A stretch of 63,369 nucleotides of DNA, filler included, from Octopus bimaculoides (GCF_001194135.2; 7 parts of 6 records of this genome joined end to end with filler, not necessarily neighbours in it); one strand, 5' to 3'; positions 39,401-51,471 are shown, numbered from the whole stretch's first letter. Made by a program: numbers and translations. The notes: generated by a model not told the origin, from the sequence alone.

Positions 39401-40916
39401 ACTGGTTGAATGATAATGTAGAAGAAAGGTGGAGAATGTTCTTAGTATATGGGAGAAATTATAAAAGAACCTGTTGAGGAGCTCTTTTCCGAGAAAAAAA
39501 CTCCTAAATTTTATAATCCAGAGATATGCAACTTACTGTATTTGTTGCTGTATAACATACATTTTCCATTAAGAAAAAGAAAAAAAATTTAAAGAATATT
39601 CCATGCGTATAACATGCAAAAATCACTCTCCTAACAAATTAACTATTTTTTAAATAATTTTCTTAACAACAAAAAGGTATTTTTTAAAGGGAAAAAGTGT
39701 GTTGCTCATTAGCAAAATATGGTATATCAAATTAATATTTTGGCCTTAAGGTTAAAACCTGTTTTTCTTCAAATGAGTTTTATAGACATCATCTGTAGGG
39801 GTAGGATTCAAATACAAATGTGGTTAAAATTTTGACTACAGATAAGGGGTATTCTCACCATTAATGTAAAGGCTCTCTTTTTGGTTTTAAAATGCCAAAG
39901 CAGCTAATTTCAATCAAGTAGCATTAGGCAAACAGTGCTTTACCACTATGATTATAAAGAAATAAGATGCATAGAATTGTTTTCCTTGTTTATATTATTA
40001 TTATTTTATTGTGTATGTTTCTAAATCCCAGACTGTTTTGCCTTTAATGAATGGACATGCCACAAAGAAATGAGAACTGTTTAGTCTTGCTAATACTGAA
40101 TCTGGGACAAAATATAATTAGCATACTGTATAATGTGATTGGTGAATGAGAAGAGACAATGTGGCATCAAGAAAACTCTTTAAGTCTAGTTAAGGACATG
40201 ACAGCCTTTTGAGTGTTGGTGCCATGATAAAATACAGTACATTTTGTAAAGCAGTTGTGATAAGAAGGATATCCAGCTATAGAAACCATACCCAAATCAA
40301 AATATACAAGCAAGATGTCATCCTATGCCTCATGTAAGTGGGCAGCAAATCTAAATAAGAATTAACTCAGACTGTGATGACCTAATCAGACCTTGATACA
40401 ATAGAAAGTGAACATAAAATGATGATGATGATGATGGTAGTGGTTGTGGTAGTGGTGTGGTGATGGTAGTTGTGTGGTGATGGTTGTGGTGTGGTGATAG
40501 TAGTGGTGTGGTGATGGTGGTGATGATAAGGACGTAGAGGATGAATTATCCTTGAACAAGGAGTGAACTCTAAGTCTTTGGTGCATAATCAGCCGATTAG
40601 GTCTGTATACTGACATACAAATGATTACAACTGTATGTCTGGGAATGTTTACACAGTCTTGATATTTGTTAGAAATTGTAGCTAAATTTCCTCAATTTGC
40701 ACCCTGTCACTGGTTTTCACATCTTTTAACTCCATGACACACTGAAGATCAAATATAAAGTTACTGATGCTCTTCATATGGAAAATTAAAAAAAAAACTG
40801 CTTTAAAGTTAAAAAGTGAAGAAACTGTATTATTTTCTGTTTTATTTATTAAATTTGTGTATAACGCTGAGAGAGCGACCAGATTAAATCATCATCATCA
40901 GATCATTCAGATTGTA

Positions 40917-42338
40917 CAAGGGGGTATCAAAAAGTTCCTGGACTAGTTATGTTTAATAAAAAATAACTTATTCTTTTTTACAGTTTAAGCTCAGAGCTGC
41001 GGCCATGCTGATGCACCGCCGTTAAGTACAAGTGTCTCCCCGACGGGGAATCAAACCCCGGTCTCCCGCATGACAGGCTGGGATATTTACCACTATACTA
41101 CCGAGGATGACATTTACCTAAGTTTTAACATCTCCTTTGAAATATTCACCTTGCTCAACAATACACTGGTCCCAGTGTTCCTGCCACTTTTGGAATCTGA
41201 CCCAGAAGTTGTTTTATGAAAGCAAGTTGAGGACCTTCTGTGATTCACTCTTGATCTCAACAATGGTGTTAAAATGGTGACTATTGAGATGCATTTTTAT
41301 CTTTGGGAAGAGATGGAAGTCTGCAGATCCTAAATCTGGTGAATAGAGCAGGTATGGAAGCGATACCATGTTTCTGGTGAGAAATTCACAAGTGAGCTCA
41401 GTGACTGGGTGCATTGTTGACATGAAGAATCCAATTCTTTGTGCTCCACAGATTCGGTCATTTTTGCTGAATGTCCTACCTCAAATGCTTCAAGACATCA
41501 CAGCAGAACTCGTGATTGATGGTCTGGCCCTGGGGGATGAATTCTCGATGCACAATACTTCAAATGTCAGAATAAATTATGAACATTCTCTTGATTGAGC
41601 TGTGGCTCTGTCATGCCTCCTTCGGTGATGGAGATGAAGGGCTCTTCCACTGGGATAACGGCTGCTTTATCTCAGGGTTGTACCCATAAACCCAACTTTT
41701 GTCACTGGTGATGATCCTCAACATGAAGGACGGGTCATCAGTGGCACATGGATGGAGATCTTGACAGACTTTGATGCGATGTTCTTTCTGCTCAGTGGTC
41801 AGCAGGCGGGGGACCAACTTGGCAGAGACATGCCATATGTTCAATTCAGACGTTAGGATTGCCTGCATAGAACCATATGACAGACCAGCAACATCAGCAA
41901 TGTCATTAATTGTCCTCTGATGGTCCTCATACACGAGCTGATGAATTTTCTCTATAATTCTGGTGGGTGACGCTTGTAACAGATCTTCCAGATTTCTCAT
42001 AGTCTTTCAGGGATGTTCTTCTGTTTTTGAAGCACTTGTGCCACTTGAAACATTGTGTACGACCTATTGCCTTGTCCTTGTAAGCTTGCCGAAGCATGTT
42101 CAATGTCTCTGTAGCAGACTTCCCAAGTTTAACACAAAATTTCACATTGGTTCTTCGTTCCAACTTCCTGTCCAAGATAAAATCACAAAAACACAAATTT
42201 CACAACTTGCAATGTAAACACAACAATGTCACTTGGCACGCTACCTCATGAATGACACTTCTAGCTCTCACTGTCCATGCAGCCATGTGCTGCTGTCTGT
42301 TGGTGCACTACGGAACTAGTCTGAGAACGTTTTTATTA
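40917..42338 (-). mobile_element. Full-length but decayed mariner (Tc1/mariner) transposon
   Basis: Left TIR after TA at 40915. Transposase fragments: HTH (RTNVKFCVKLGKSATET), SAKLVPRLL, ITSDKSW, HREFIPQGQTIN, HVNNAP, YSPDLGSADF. Frameshifts and stops; right TIR is cut by a SINE. Confidence 0.92.
41036..41107 (-). pseudogene. tRNA-Asp(GTC)-derived sequence, probably a retroposed pseudogene
   Basis: Minus strand TCCTCGGTAGTATAGTGGTAAATATCCCAGCCTGTCATGCGGGAGACCGGGGTTTGATTCCCCGTCGGGGAG (72 nt) folds as a cloverleaf with a GTC anticodon. It has an A-G mismatch in the anticodon stem and TTTGA instead of TTCGA in the T loop/B box. Confidence 0.88.
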
Positions 42339-43939
42339 CATTGGCCCCAGTGTTCAACTGATACTTATTCAATCGACCAACCACAAAAGGATGAAAGGCA
42401 AAGTCAAACCCAGCAGCGTTTGAACTCAGAACTCAGAAGTCAGAAGAAATGCTGCAAAACATTTTTCCTGGCATGTTAACGATTCTGCCAGTTTGCCACA
42501 TGAACTTTCAACTTAAAAAAAAACAAAAAAACAAATGCAGTGATTAACTACTGAAATCTGATATGAACTTTCATCTAATAATAAGTTTCAGTCAAGTATT
42601 CAAATTTAAACACTTTAATGAAGTTGGTTTTGAGTATGTTGTTGTTGAAATCGCTAACTGTCTATTTAAGGCAATGTTTCTCCTAGGGTATGGGGCTGTG
42701 AGGGTTGAAAAGTGTGATGAAAGTGAATAAATTGCAATGTTTCATAGAACTATGATTGTTTTAAACCTTTTAAACCTGTTCAACACTATGGTAAAAAAAG
42801 AAAAAATAACATGGGTACAAATTCTAGGGTTACAATATCCACTATATTCCTTTCTTTTTAGATACTTATTGTTGTTGTTGCTTAGTCCCAAGTTAACCCA
42901 GATCAAGCCAACCTGCAGTTAAAGGCAATCCAACTACGATCAACCTGTCTTTTTCTATATCTGGAATTACATTGATCAATGTGTCCTTCCCTTTTTTTTC
43001 TAACACAGTAAGGTAAAGTGAGGGGGATTTGGCCACTGTTTTCAACATGTCATGCAACTACATAGAGCAGTGGTTCTTAACCTTTTCAGTACCAAAGGCC
43101 TTGTCCATTTAGATGAATTTTTCCATAGACTCCAGATTTTTGAAAGGTTTGTCTACTGAGCAACTCAATAAACATATTTATGTATATTCAGTTTCCCTCA
43201 AAATATATTTCTAACTAAATATGCAATGAGATAAATGCCAGTATCAACCAAAAACACTCAGATGTTTGATGAGAAGGTTGGTGCTACCTTGTAGATTCTA
43301 TGCTCTAAATATCAGGTTTAATGGTAGTCTTAGATACAGATCACATTTTAAAGATATAAGCAAGCATGCATTTTGCACCAAAAGCCAATTTGAGAGTTTC
43401 TCTGTTATATGGACTGTTAGATATGTAATTCGTCTGACGTTCCGTGTGTCATGTGGTTCGTCTGAGTTCATTGTTTCATTGTTGTTGTCTTGTGGGACTG
43501 TCGTAGTAAAATGTCATTGATATATATATGGCGGACATGACTTTTGTTTATTCATAACGAACATTGGGTGAGTGCGTTCTTTGTATGTAATTGAACAATA
43601 AATGTAATAATTAAATTGTATAACTCGTTGTGTTATCTCTACGAGTCACCCGAGGGAAACATAACATTNNNNNNNNNNNNNNNNNNNNNNNNNNNNNNNN
43701 NNNNNNNNNNNNTTAATTAATTAANNNNNNNNNNNNNNNNNNNNNNNNNNNNNNNNNNNNNNNNNNNNATATATATACATATATATATATATATATAAAG
43801 CAAGTTGCGCGTAGCGTAAGTACATGCATATATATTTTAAAGAATAGGGGAAAAAATGAGTGTATAGATTGTGCCAGTTAATCACGCATATAAATACATA
43901 CGAGCCAAGTCAGTATATGTATAATTAAATATAATCATA

Positions 43940-44050
43940 TACACACACACATACATTGCTATATATATATATACACACACATACATTGCTATATATATAT
44001 ATACACACACATACATTGCTATATATACACACACACACACACATTGCTAA
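43940..44050. repeat. ~30-bp minisatellite acacacatacattgct(at)n, 3-4 copies
   Basis: Directly visible. Confidence 0.85.
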
Positions 44051-44406
44051 AGTGCATTTATTATACATATATATATATATATACACAAAGTTGCGTGCAG
44101 GATGTATATAGAGATGCTAGGAAAATATTCTAGATACGGTTACGGAGACATATATTAAGCAGAAGAATAAAATACGGTGTGTATTTATGTCCATTGAGGG
44201 TTACATATTAATAAATACGCGAAGCAAGTGTGTGATTAGAGAGTCAAGATGGCGTATGAGGCCGGCAGTGCGCCATCATAGGTCCTCTATTTTTCATTAA
44301 TTAACCTCATTTACAGACACATTTCACCAAACAAACACGAAATACAATTAGTATTTAGTGTACAATCACTCACTAGTGACATCTCCATCGAAAGGAAGCG
44401 CCCTAC

Positions 44407-44463
44407 CTGGTTGAAATCCTCCTCCAAGTTGTCGTAAAGATCAATATCGACTCCTTCAGCCAT
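44407..44463 (-). CDS. CPSF6: First coding exon of cleavage and polyadenylation specificity factor 6 (CFIm68; CPSF6/7 family)
   Basis: Encodes MAEGVDIDLYDNLEEDFNQ followed by a phase-0 donor CAG|GTAGGG. This matches the recalled N-termini of human CPSF6 (MADGVDHIDIYADVGEEFNQ) and CPSF7 (MSEGVDLIDIYADEEFNQ), with the intron after FNQ. A-rich leader before the ATG. No downstream exons found in the window. Confidence 0.8.
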
Positions 44464-45775
44464 TTTCCCTCTCTTTTTGTTTGTTTTTGTTTTATTTACT
44501 GTTTTAGGTTTTGTTTTTTTTGTTCTTTTTTTATTTTTTATTTATTTATCTTATTGTGTTCGTTTGTCATTTTTATTTGGGTCTCCGAGAAGCGACATCT
44601 AGGTTTAGGAGAGAGAAAGTGAGAGAGTTGCAGGAGTGAGAAATAAATAAAAAAAAAGTAGTAAGACAACAAAGTGAGTGAGTTGTAGAAAGAGTAGGCT
44701 TGTAATACAACGGAAGAAAAGTATAGCAATTAGAGAGAGGAGGAGTCAGAAAGAGAAACAGAGTGTAAGTAATAGAAACTAGTGAGTGACATTTAGAAAG
44801 AGTAAAAGTAAAACGGAGTGAAAAAGAGAATGTGAGGGAGCTAAGGGAAGACAACTCGCTACTCAGAATCTTCGTTCTTTGTCTTCTCCTCTCTTTACTG
44901 CCTCCTCCTCCTCTACTTCATTATTCTTTTACTCTCTTTATTTCCTCCTCCTCTTACTTTCTTATTCGTTTATCTCTCGTTCCTCCTCCTCCACCTCCTC
45001 TTAAATTCTAATTCTATTTCTTCTATCCCTCTTTCTCCTCTCCTCTTCTAAATTTCCCTCCTCCTCCCTGTATTTATTATTCTGTCTTCACTCGCTCCTA
45101 CTTCTCACTCTCTTTACCTCCACTTCCTCTTACTTCTCTTTCTTCTTTCTCTCCTTCTCCCCTCCTGTGTTGTCCTCTTTATATTTCTTACGTCTTTCTC
45201 CTTCTCCTCCTCCGCTTCCCCTTTCATTACAAACAAAGCAAACAGAAGGTCGTTCGCTGTCACGCCGTCTGTTGGTGAAACAAAGAAATTACGAGCTGTA
45301 CAGTAACTGACAACTCTTTTGCCTTACACAACCTTTACATGGTCGCTCAACATACTAGAAATAGTAGCTAAATCTGCATCAAATCACAGAGTTTATCATT
45401 TGAAATGAAGGAAACGACACACCAGACTACATTTTTACATATAGAAAGATTTGGCAATAAAATAAATCACCAAATCGATGTCATTTCTCTCAACAAAGAA
45501 ATTCTCTATAAATAAAATATAATTATTTAATTTAATTTCATGTTTACGTAATTATAAAATTTATATTAATAATGTTTAAGGTGGAGAGCTGGTAGAGTCG
45601 TTACCGCGGCGGCCAAATGCTGTCTTTATGCTCTGAGTACTAATTCCGCCGAGGTCTATCTCACCTTCCATCTTCTCGGGGCCGATAAGATAGATAACAG
45701 TCAAGAACTGGGGTTCCATGTGATTGACAAGCATCCGCCCCGGTGATCTTTCGGTACGAGTTCCTAAATATCGAC

Positions 45776-46022
45776 CTTTTCCGTAAAAAGTGTCTTCAGC
45801 GATCTTTACCAAAGATCGGCCTTTTCCGTAACACCCGGTGTTAGGGTTAGGGTTTCAGTGTCAGGGTTACGGTTAGGGAGGGAATTCCCTAACGCAAACC
45901 CTAACCGTAAACCTAACCCAAACCCTAACCCTAAACCTTTCAAAATAAATCGCTCTCTCTGTATGTCTTTCGCTGTTATGACATCGTTTCCCTGTTTCTC
46001 TTCAACACTTTTTACGGAAAAG
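45776..46022. mobile_element. MITE-like element with 18-bp inverted ends and a central hairpin of TTAGGG/CCCTAA-like repeats
   Basis: cttttccgtaaaaagtgt (45776-45793) is the exact reverse complement of 46005-46022; central palindrome agggaattccct at 45879-45890. Confidence 0.7.
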
Positions 46023-48468
46023 ATCGCCATTTAATAGAATTTAATGTATATATTTTCCGTTATTTTTCAAATTCGATGTAAAATCCACCCGTGACCATTC
46101 CTGATCCAGTCAGATCTGTGAGCAAAGATGCTCCAGCTTTGTCCACCCTGTCTTTTATTGAGACATAGTGTATCTAGGACTACATTATCTAATGTATAGT
46201 ACTGTAGTTAGTATTAGCGGCTATAGTTGCTGTTGTTGTTAACCCCTGGTCAGTAGGGTACCAAACATTGGGATATTTTAATGAAATGCTTTCATCAGAA
46301 GAGATCACTGGTGATTGTAAGGACCAACATTTGGAGCAATTAGAAGGGCCATATTTAGTGTTATTTGTGATTAACCCTTTAACTGTAAAATAAAATTTCA
46401 AAGTTATTCCAGTAATGGTGTTAAGTATCTTATCAAAAAATTGAACTGGTATTTTCTGCAAGCCATGTTGCTTCATTAGGCGTGACATATTTTAACAGAG
46501 AACAGATTCCAACAAGACATTCCTCAACAAAAGATAGATTGGTATATATATAAAACTGCTTTCTGCAGTTAAGGGTAAAAGAATTTTGAACGGGTATATC
46601 TGATTTCCACAGAAAAACGGTCAAACACCCACACAAATATCTTTGACCACATTACAATAAGTCTTTACATACTTGAGATAGTCCTGAATTTACACACATA
46701 CGCACACACACACACACACACATATATATCCTAGATCAAAATGCAAGACAGTTTCAAACATGACATTCCTCAAAAAATAATAAATTTGTTACGATAAAAT
46801 ACACTGAAATCCATTTGAGATTTTTGAAAAAAAAATTTTTCATAAACAAAAATAAAATGTTGATATAACTACAAACAACAAACAATTAATATAGTTTGGA
46901 AATTATTCTTTTTTACTCTAGGAACCAGGCCTAAAATTTGGGGGGAGAAGGCCAGTCAATTAGATCAACCCCAGTACACAACTGGTACTTAATTTATCAA
47001 CCCAAAAAGGGTTGACCTCGGTGGAATTTGAACTCAGAATGTAAAGACAGATGAAATACCGCCAAGCATTTCACCTGGCGTGCTAACATTTCGGCCAGCT
47101 TGCTGCCTTATAGTTTGGAAATTATTGTTCTTGGACTGGTGTTGGCAGGTCATTGTGTGTTGCTGTTGCTGTTTGTCCATTGTTTTTGGGTGGTCACAGT
47201 GCTTTAGTCAGCTGCTGCCTCCGGCATCCAGACTGATGTCTTCTGTTCACTGTCTGCTGGTAGTGGCTCAGATGTGCTGAATCTATAGAGGTGGTTTGGC
47301 TCGGAAAGATGCACACCAAAAATGAAATTACTGTTGGAGCCAGTTCCACATGAAGTCTTAACTGATCAGATTTTTCGGATGACATAGATAAAATCTCAGT
47401 GAATTGCGACCATATAGAGGCATAGGTGTGGCTGTGTGGAAAGAAGCTTGCTTCCTCAGCCACATGCTTTTCAGTTCAGTGCCACTGCATGGCACCTTGA
47501 GCAAGTGTCTTCTACTCTAGCCTTGGGCCCACCAAAGCCTTGTGAGTGGATTTCGTAGACAGAAACTGAAAGAAGCCCGTCATATATATATATGTATGTA
47601 CATATCTATGTGTGTGTGTCTTTGTGTCTGTGTTTGTTCTCCACCACTGCTTAACAAATGGTATTGGTGTATTTATATATATATATATATATATATAGTT
47701 TTAGGGAAAAGAACCAAGGTTCATGAACCCATCAATGAAAATCCACTGTCACATATAGAAAAATTAATTAGTAAAAGCACAATAAATGAGTATAATATAA
47801 NNNNNNNNNNNNNNNNNNNNNNNNNNNNNNNNNNNNNNNNNNNNNNNNNNNNNNNNNNNNNNNNNNNNNNNNNNNNNNNNNNNNNNNNNNNNNNNNNNNN
47901 NNNNNNNNNNNNNNNNNNNNNNNNNNNNNNNNNNNNNNNNNNNNNNNNNNNNNNNNNNNNNNNNNNNNNNNNNNNNNNNNNNNNNNNNNNNNNNNNNNNN
48001 NNNNNNNNNNNNNNNNNNNNNNNNNNNNNNNNNNNNNNNNNNNNNNNNNNNNNNNNNNNNNNNNNNNNNNNNNNNNNNNNNNNNNNNNNNNNNNNNNNNN
48101 NNNNNNNNNNNNNNNNNNNNNNNNNNNNNNNNNNNNNNNNNNNNNNNNNNNNNNNNNNNNNNNNNNNNNNNNNNNNNNNNNNNNNNNNNNNNNNNNNNNN
48201 NNNNNNNNNNNNNNNNNNNNNNNNNNNNNNNNNNNNNNNNNNNNNNNNNNNNNNNNNNNNNNNNNNNNNNNNNNNNNNNNNNNNNNNNNNNNNNNNNNNN
48301 NNNNNNNNNNNNNNNNNNNNNNNNNNNNNNNNNNNNNNNNNNNNNNNNNNNNNNNNNNNNNNNNNNNNNNNNNNNNNNNNNNNNNNNNNNNNNNNNNNNN
48401 NNNNNNNNNNNNNNNNNNNNNNNNNNNNNNNNNNNNNNNNNNNNNNNNNNNNNNNNNNNNNNNNNNNN

Positions 48469-48511
<43 letters not shown>

Positions 48512-49325
48512 ACAATTGATGGACAGGTGTCAATTCATTACACCTATTTCTAATTAATTTTCTAATTGATAAATGAGTACATTACATCATTATGACATCA
48601 TTATAAAAAAACATTTTCTTCAGATGAATATCTGAATTTTACAATCGAGGACATTTTAAATGATTTAAAATCCATGGCACCTAACCAGGTGCCTCAACTT
48701 TAAGTACGTCATTCAACTAAATCTTGTTATATCATATATAGATGTGTAATCTTACAATGCAGCTGTGTGTAAGTAAAATGTACCGACAAATAATAGCAAA
48801 TAATTGAGGGAGGGGCAAGGAAGTGGAGAAGCATAAATCTAAATGGGAACACAGACTTGTGTATATGTGTATGTGTGTGTGTGTGTGCGTGTACAGATAT
48901 ATGTACATATGTGTGTGGGTATATGCGTGTGTGTGTGTGTCTGCATACATGAATGTATGTGTGAGTGTGAGTGTCACACATGTATATGTAGATGTGTGCA
49001 TGTGCCTGCATGTGTGCGTGTGTGCCTGTGTGGTTAGGAAGTCATATGTAGGTGTGAGTGTGTGTATGTGTGTATGTATATTTATATCTGTGTGAAGGAG
49101 TGTAAATATATATATATATATATATATATNNNNNNNNNNNNNNNNNNNNNNNNNNNNNNNNNNNNNNNNNNNNNNNNNNNNNNNNNNNNNNNNNNNNNNN
49201 NNNNNNNNNNNNNNNNNNNNNNNNNNNNNNNNNNNNNNNNNNNNNNNNNNNNNNNNNNNNNATACATATATATATATATATGGTGGTTGTCTACTCCTTA
49301 AACAGAGTTTGACCACCTCCTGCAC

Positions 49326-49650
49326 CTACACCTTAGCCCTTTCATGGCGTCTGATGTGGCTTTTTAAACCAGACAGTGTTTTGAAAAAACACCCACACAG
49401 ATTGCACCTCTGATTTGCACTACCAATACCTGCAAGTAAGTTCTGCTCATTGTGGATCCTAACGTGTCTTTTAAGACCCCCATTGGATTTGCAAACCCTT
49501 TGGCACACACCACATTCAAACGTGTGCACAGACATATAATCAGAATAGTTGGTTGAGGTTTGTTTTCCATGGGTTCGCAGGTGAGATTTGAGGCCAGCCA
49601 AGGACAGACATGGTCTGTCACAGACTGTGCACACAAAAAGGGTTGGATAA
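49326..49650 (-). mobile_element. ORF fragment with three C2H2 zinc fingers; probably the 3' end of an RTE-type LINE ORF2, host ZNF exon not excluded
   Basis: Three CX2CX12HX3H motifs (CTVCDRPCLSLAGLKSHLRTH, CGVCQRVCKSNGGLKRHVRIH, CNLCGCFFKTLSGLKSHIRRH). No TGEKP linkers. Stop is followed by about 45 nt and then (TA)n; the 5' side is bounded by a TA run. Confidence 0.65.
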
Positions 49651-49930
49651 TTATATATATATACACTTATAGACAAGTGTGCGAGTAGGTGTAAGTGTGT
49701 GAGAGCGTATATATGAATGTGTGTAGGATATATGTGTGTGTATGTATATGTATGTACACAAAACTGTTTGAATAAGTATTTTTCTTAGTCAAACAAATAA
49801 ATTTGTTTTCTTTTTCCTTTCTTTTCTTCTATTTTCTTTTTTCTTCTAAGCAGTTATGAAAGCAAAAACTGATTAAGGTCATTTTATCGAAACAGGAATG
49901 CGAAATTTCCACATTCATATTTGAATTTTG

Positions 49931-51242
49931 GGATCTTTTTTAAAACGGGGGCCACATTTTTCATTAACGAAACACTTTGAAACTTGGAACACTGGTAGAA
50001 TGTGTCATATAAAACATCTTTTTCTCTTAGTCTTCTTAAAAGAAAAAGAAATCCATAAATTATTCCATGTTAAAGTTGTCGTATTTCTGTAATTTCAACC
50101 AATCACTGACGTCCATTCAGCCGATATACATTAAGTGCCGACTACATAAACAAACGATTCTGAAACAATTAACCCTAACCCTAACCCTCTAACCCTAACC
50201 CTAGGGTTAGGGTTAGGGTTAAAGCAAATTTAAAATGAAAANNNNNNNNNNNNNNNNNNNNNNNNNNNNNNNNNNNNNNNNNNNNNNNNNNNNNNNNNNN
50301 NNNNNNNNNNNNNNNNNNNNNNNNNNNNNNNNNNNNNNNNNNNNNNNNNNNNNNNNNNNNNNNNNNNNNNNNNNNNNNNNNNNNNNNNNNNNNNNNNNNN
50401 NNNNNNNNNNNNNNNNNNNNNNNNNNNNNNNNNNNNNNNNNNNNNNNNNNNNNNNNNNNNNNNNNNNNNNNNNNNNNNNNNNNNNNNNNNNNNNNNNNNN
50501 NNNNNNNNNNNNNNNNNNNNNNNNNNNNNNNNNNNNNNNNNNNNNNNNNNNNNNNNNNNNNNNNNNNNNNNNNNNNNNNNNNNNNNNNNNNNNNNNNNNN
50601 NNNNNNNNNNNNNNNNNNNNNNNNNNNNNNNNNNNNNNNNNNNNNNNNNNNNNNNNNNNNNNNNNNNNNNNNNNNNNNNNNNNNNNNNNNNNNNNNNNNN
50701 NNNNNNNNNNNNNNNNNNNNNNNNNNNNNNNNNNNNNNNNNNNNNNNNNNNNNNNNNNNNNNNNNNNNNNNNNNNNNNNNNNNNNNNNNNNNNNNNNNNN
50801 NNNNNNNNNNNNNNNNNNNNNNNNNNNNNNNNNNNNNNNNNNNNNNNNNNNNNNNNNNNNNNNNNNNNNNNNNNNNNNNNNNNNNNNNNNNNNNNNNNNN
50901 NNNNNNNNNNNNCCGGTTTCACCAGTCCTCAGTCAAATCGTCCAACCCATGCTAGCATGGAAAGCGGACGTTAAACGATGATGATGATGTATGGAGATTA
51001 AATACGCTTTACATCGCTTAATCAGCCAAAGGAGTAAAGATAAACAACTGAATACTTGTCAGTGATTGGTTGAAATTATCGAAATAAGACAATTTTTTAC
51101 ATGAAATAAATTCGAATACAAAAATATTCTTCTGTTCTATAACACAAAATAGATAAGTATACGAAGTTTGAAAGTCTTTCCGTACCAAAAACACTACGTA
51201 AAACATTAATGAAAAATGTGGCCCCCGTTTTAAAAAAGATCC
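49931..51242. mobile_element. Inverted pair of two-block repeats (one long-TIR element or two related copies) spanning an N gap
   Basis: 49931-49967 is the reverse complement of 51206-51242 (37/37) and 50090-50110 of 51058-51078 (21/21); the 122- and 127-nt spacers between blocks do not align. Confidence 0.65.
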
Positions 51243-51471
51243 GAATTTTGTGTTTCTGCAGTCTCGTTTGCATTTCATACATTCCCCAACTAGACAGACA
51301 TATAACAAGATGGCAGCCAACACCCAAGATCTTTAGTGAGACACAACTTTATCTAGGGATGTACCTGATGAGACGCAGACTGCAAAATGGATGCAGCACA
51401 ATATGCTGAACAGAGTCCCAGACATAAGGGACAATATATGGCTCAGTGGTTAGGGCATTGGGCTATATATA

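Noticed and set aside
45841-45935. Relic of a chromosome end-to-end fusion
   Set aside because: Only about 95 bp, degenerate, and enclosed by transposon-like inverted ends.
46189-46636. Short minus-strand ORFs and an attttacag acceptor in unique sequence
   Set aside because: No recognisable protein motif; AT-rich sequence gives such signals by chance.
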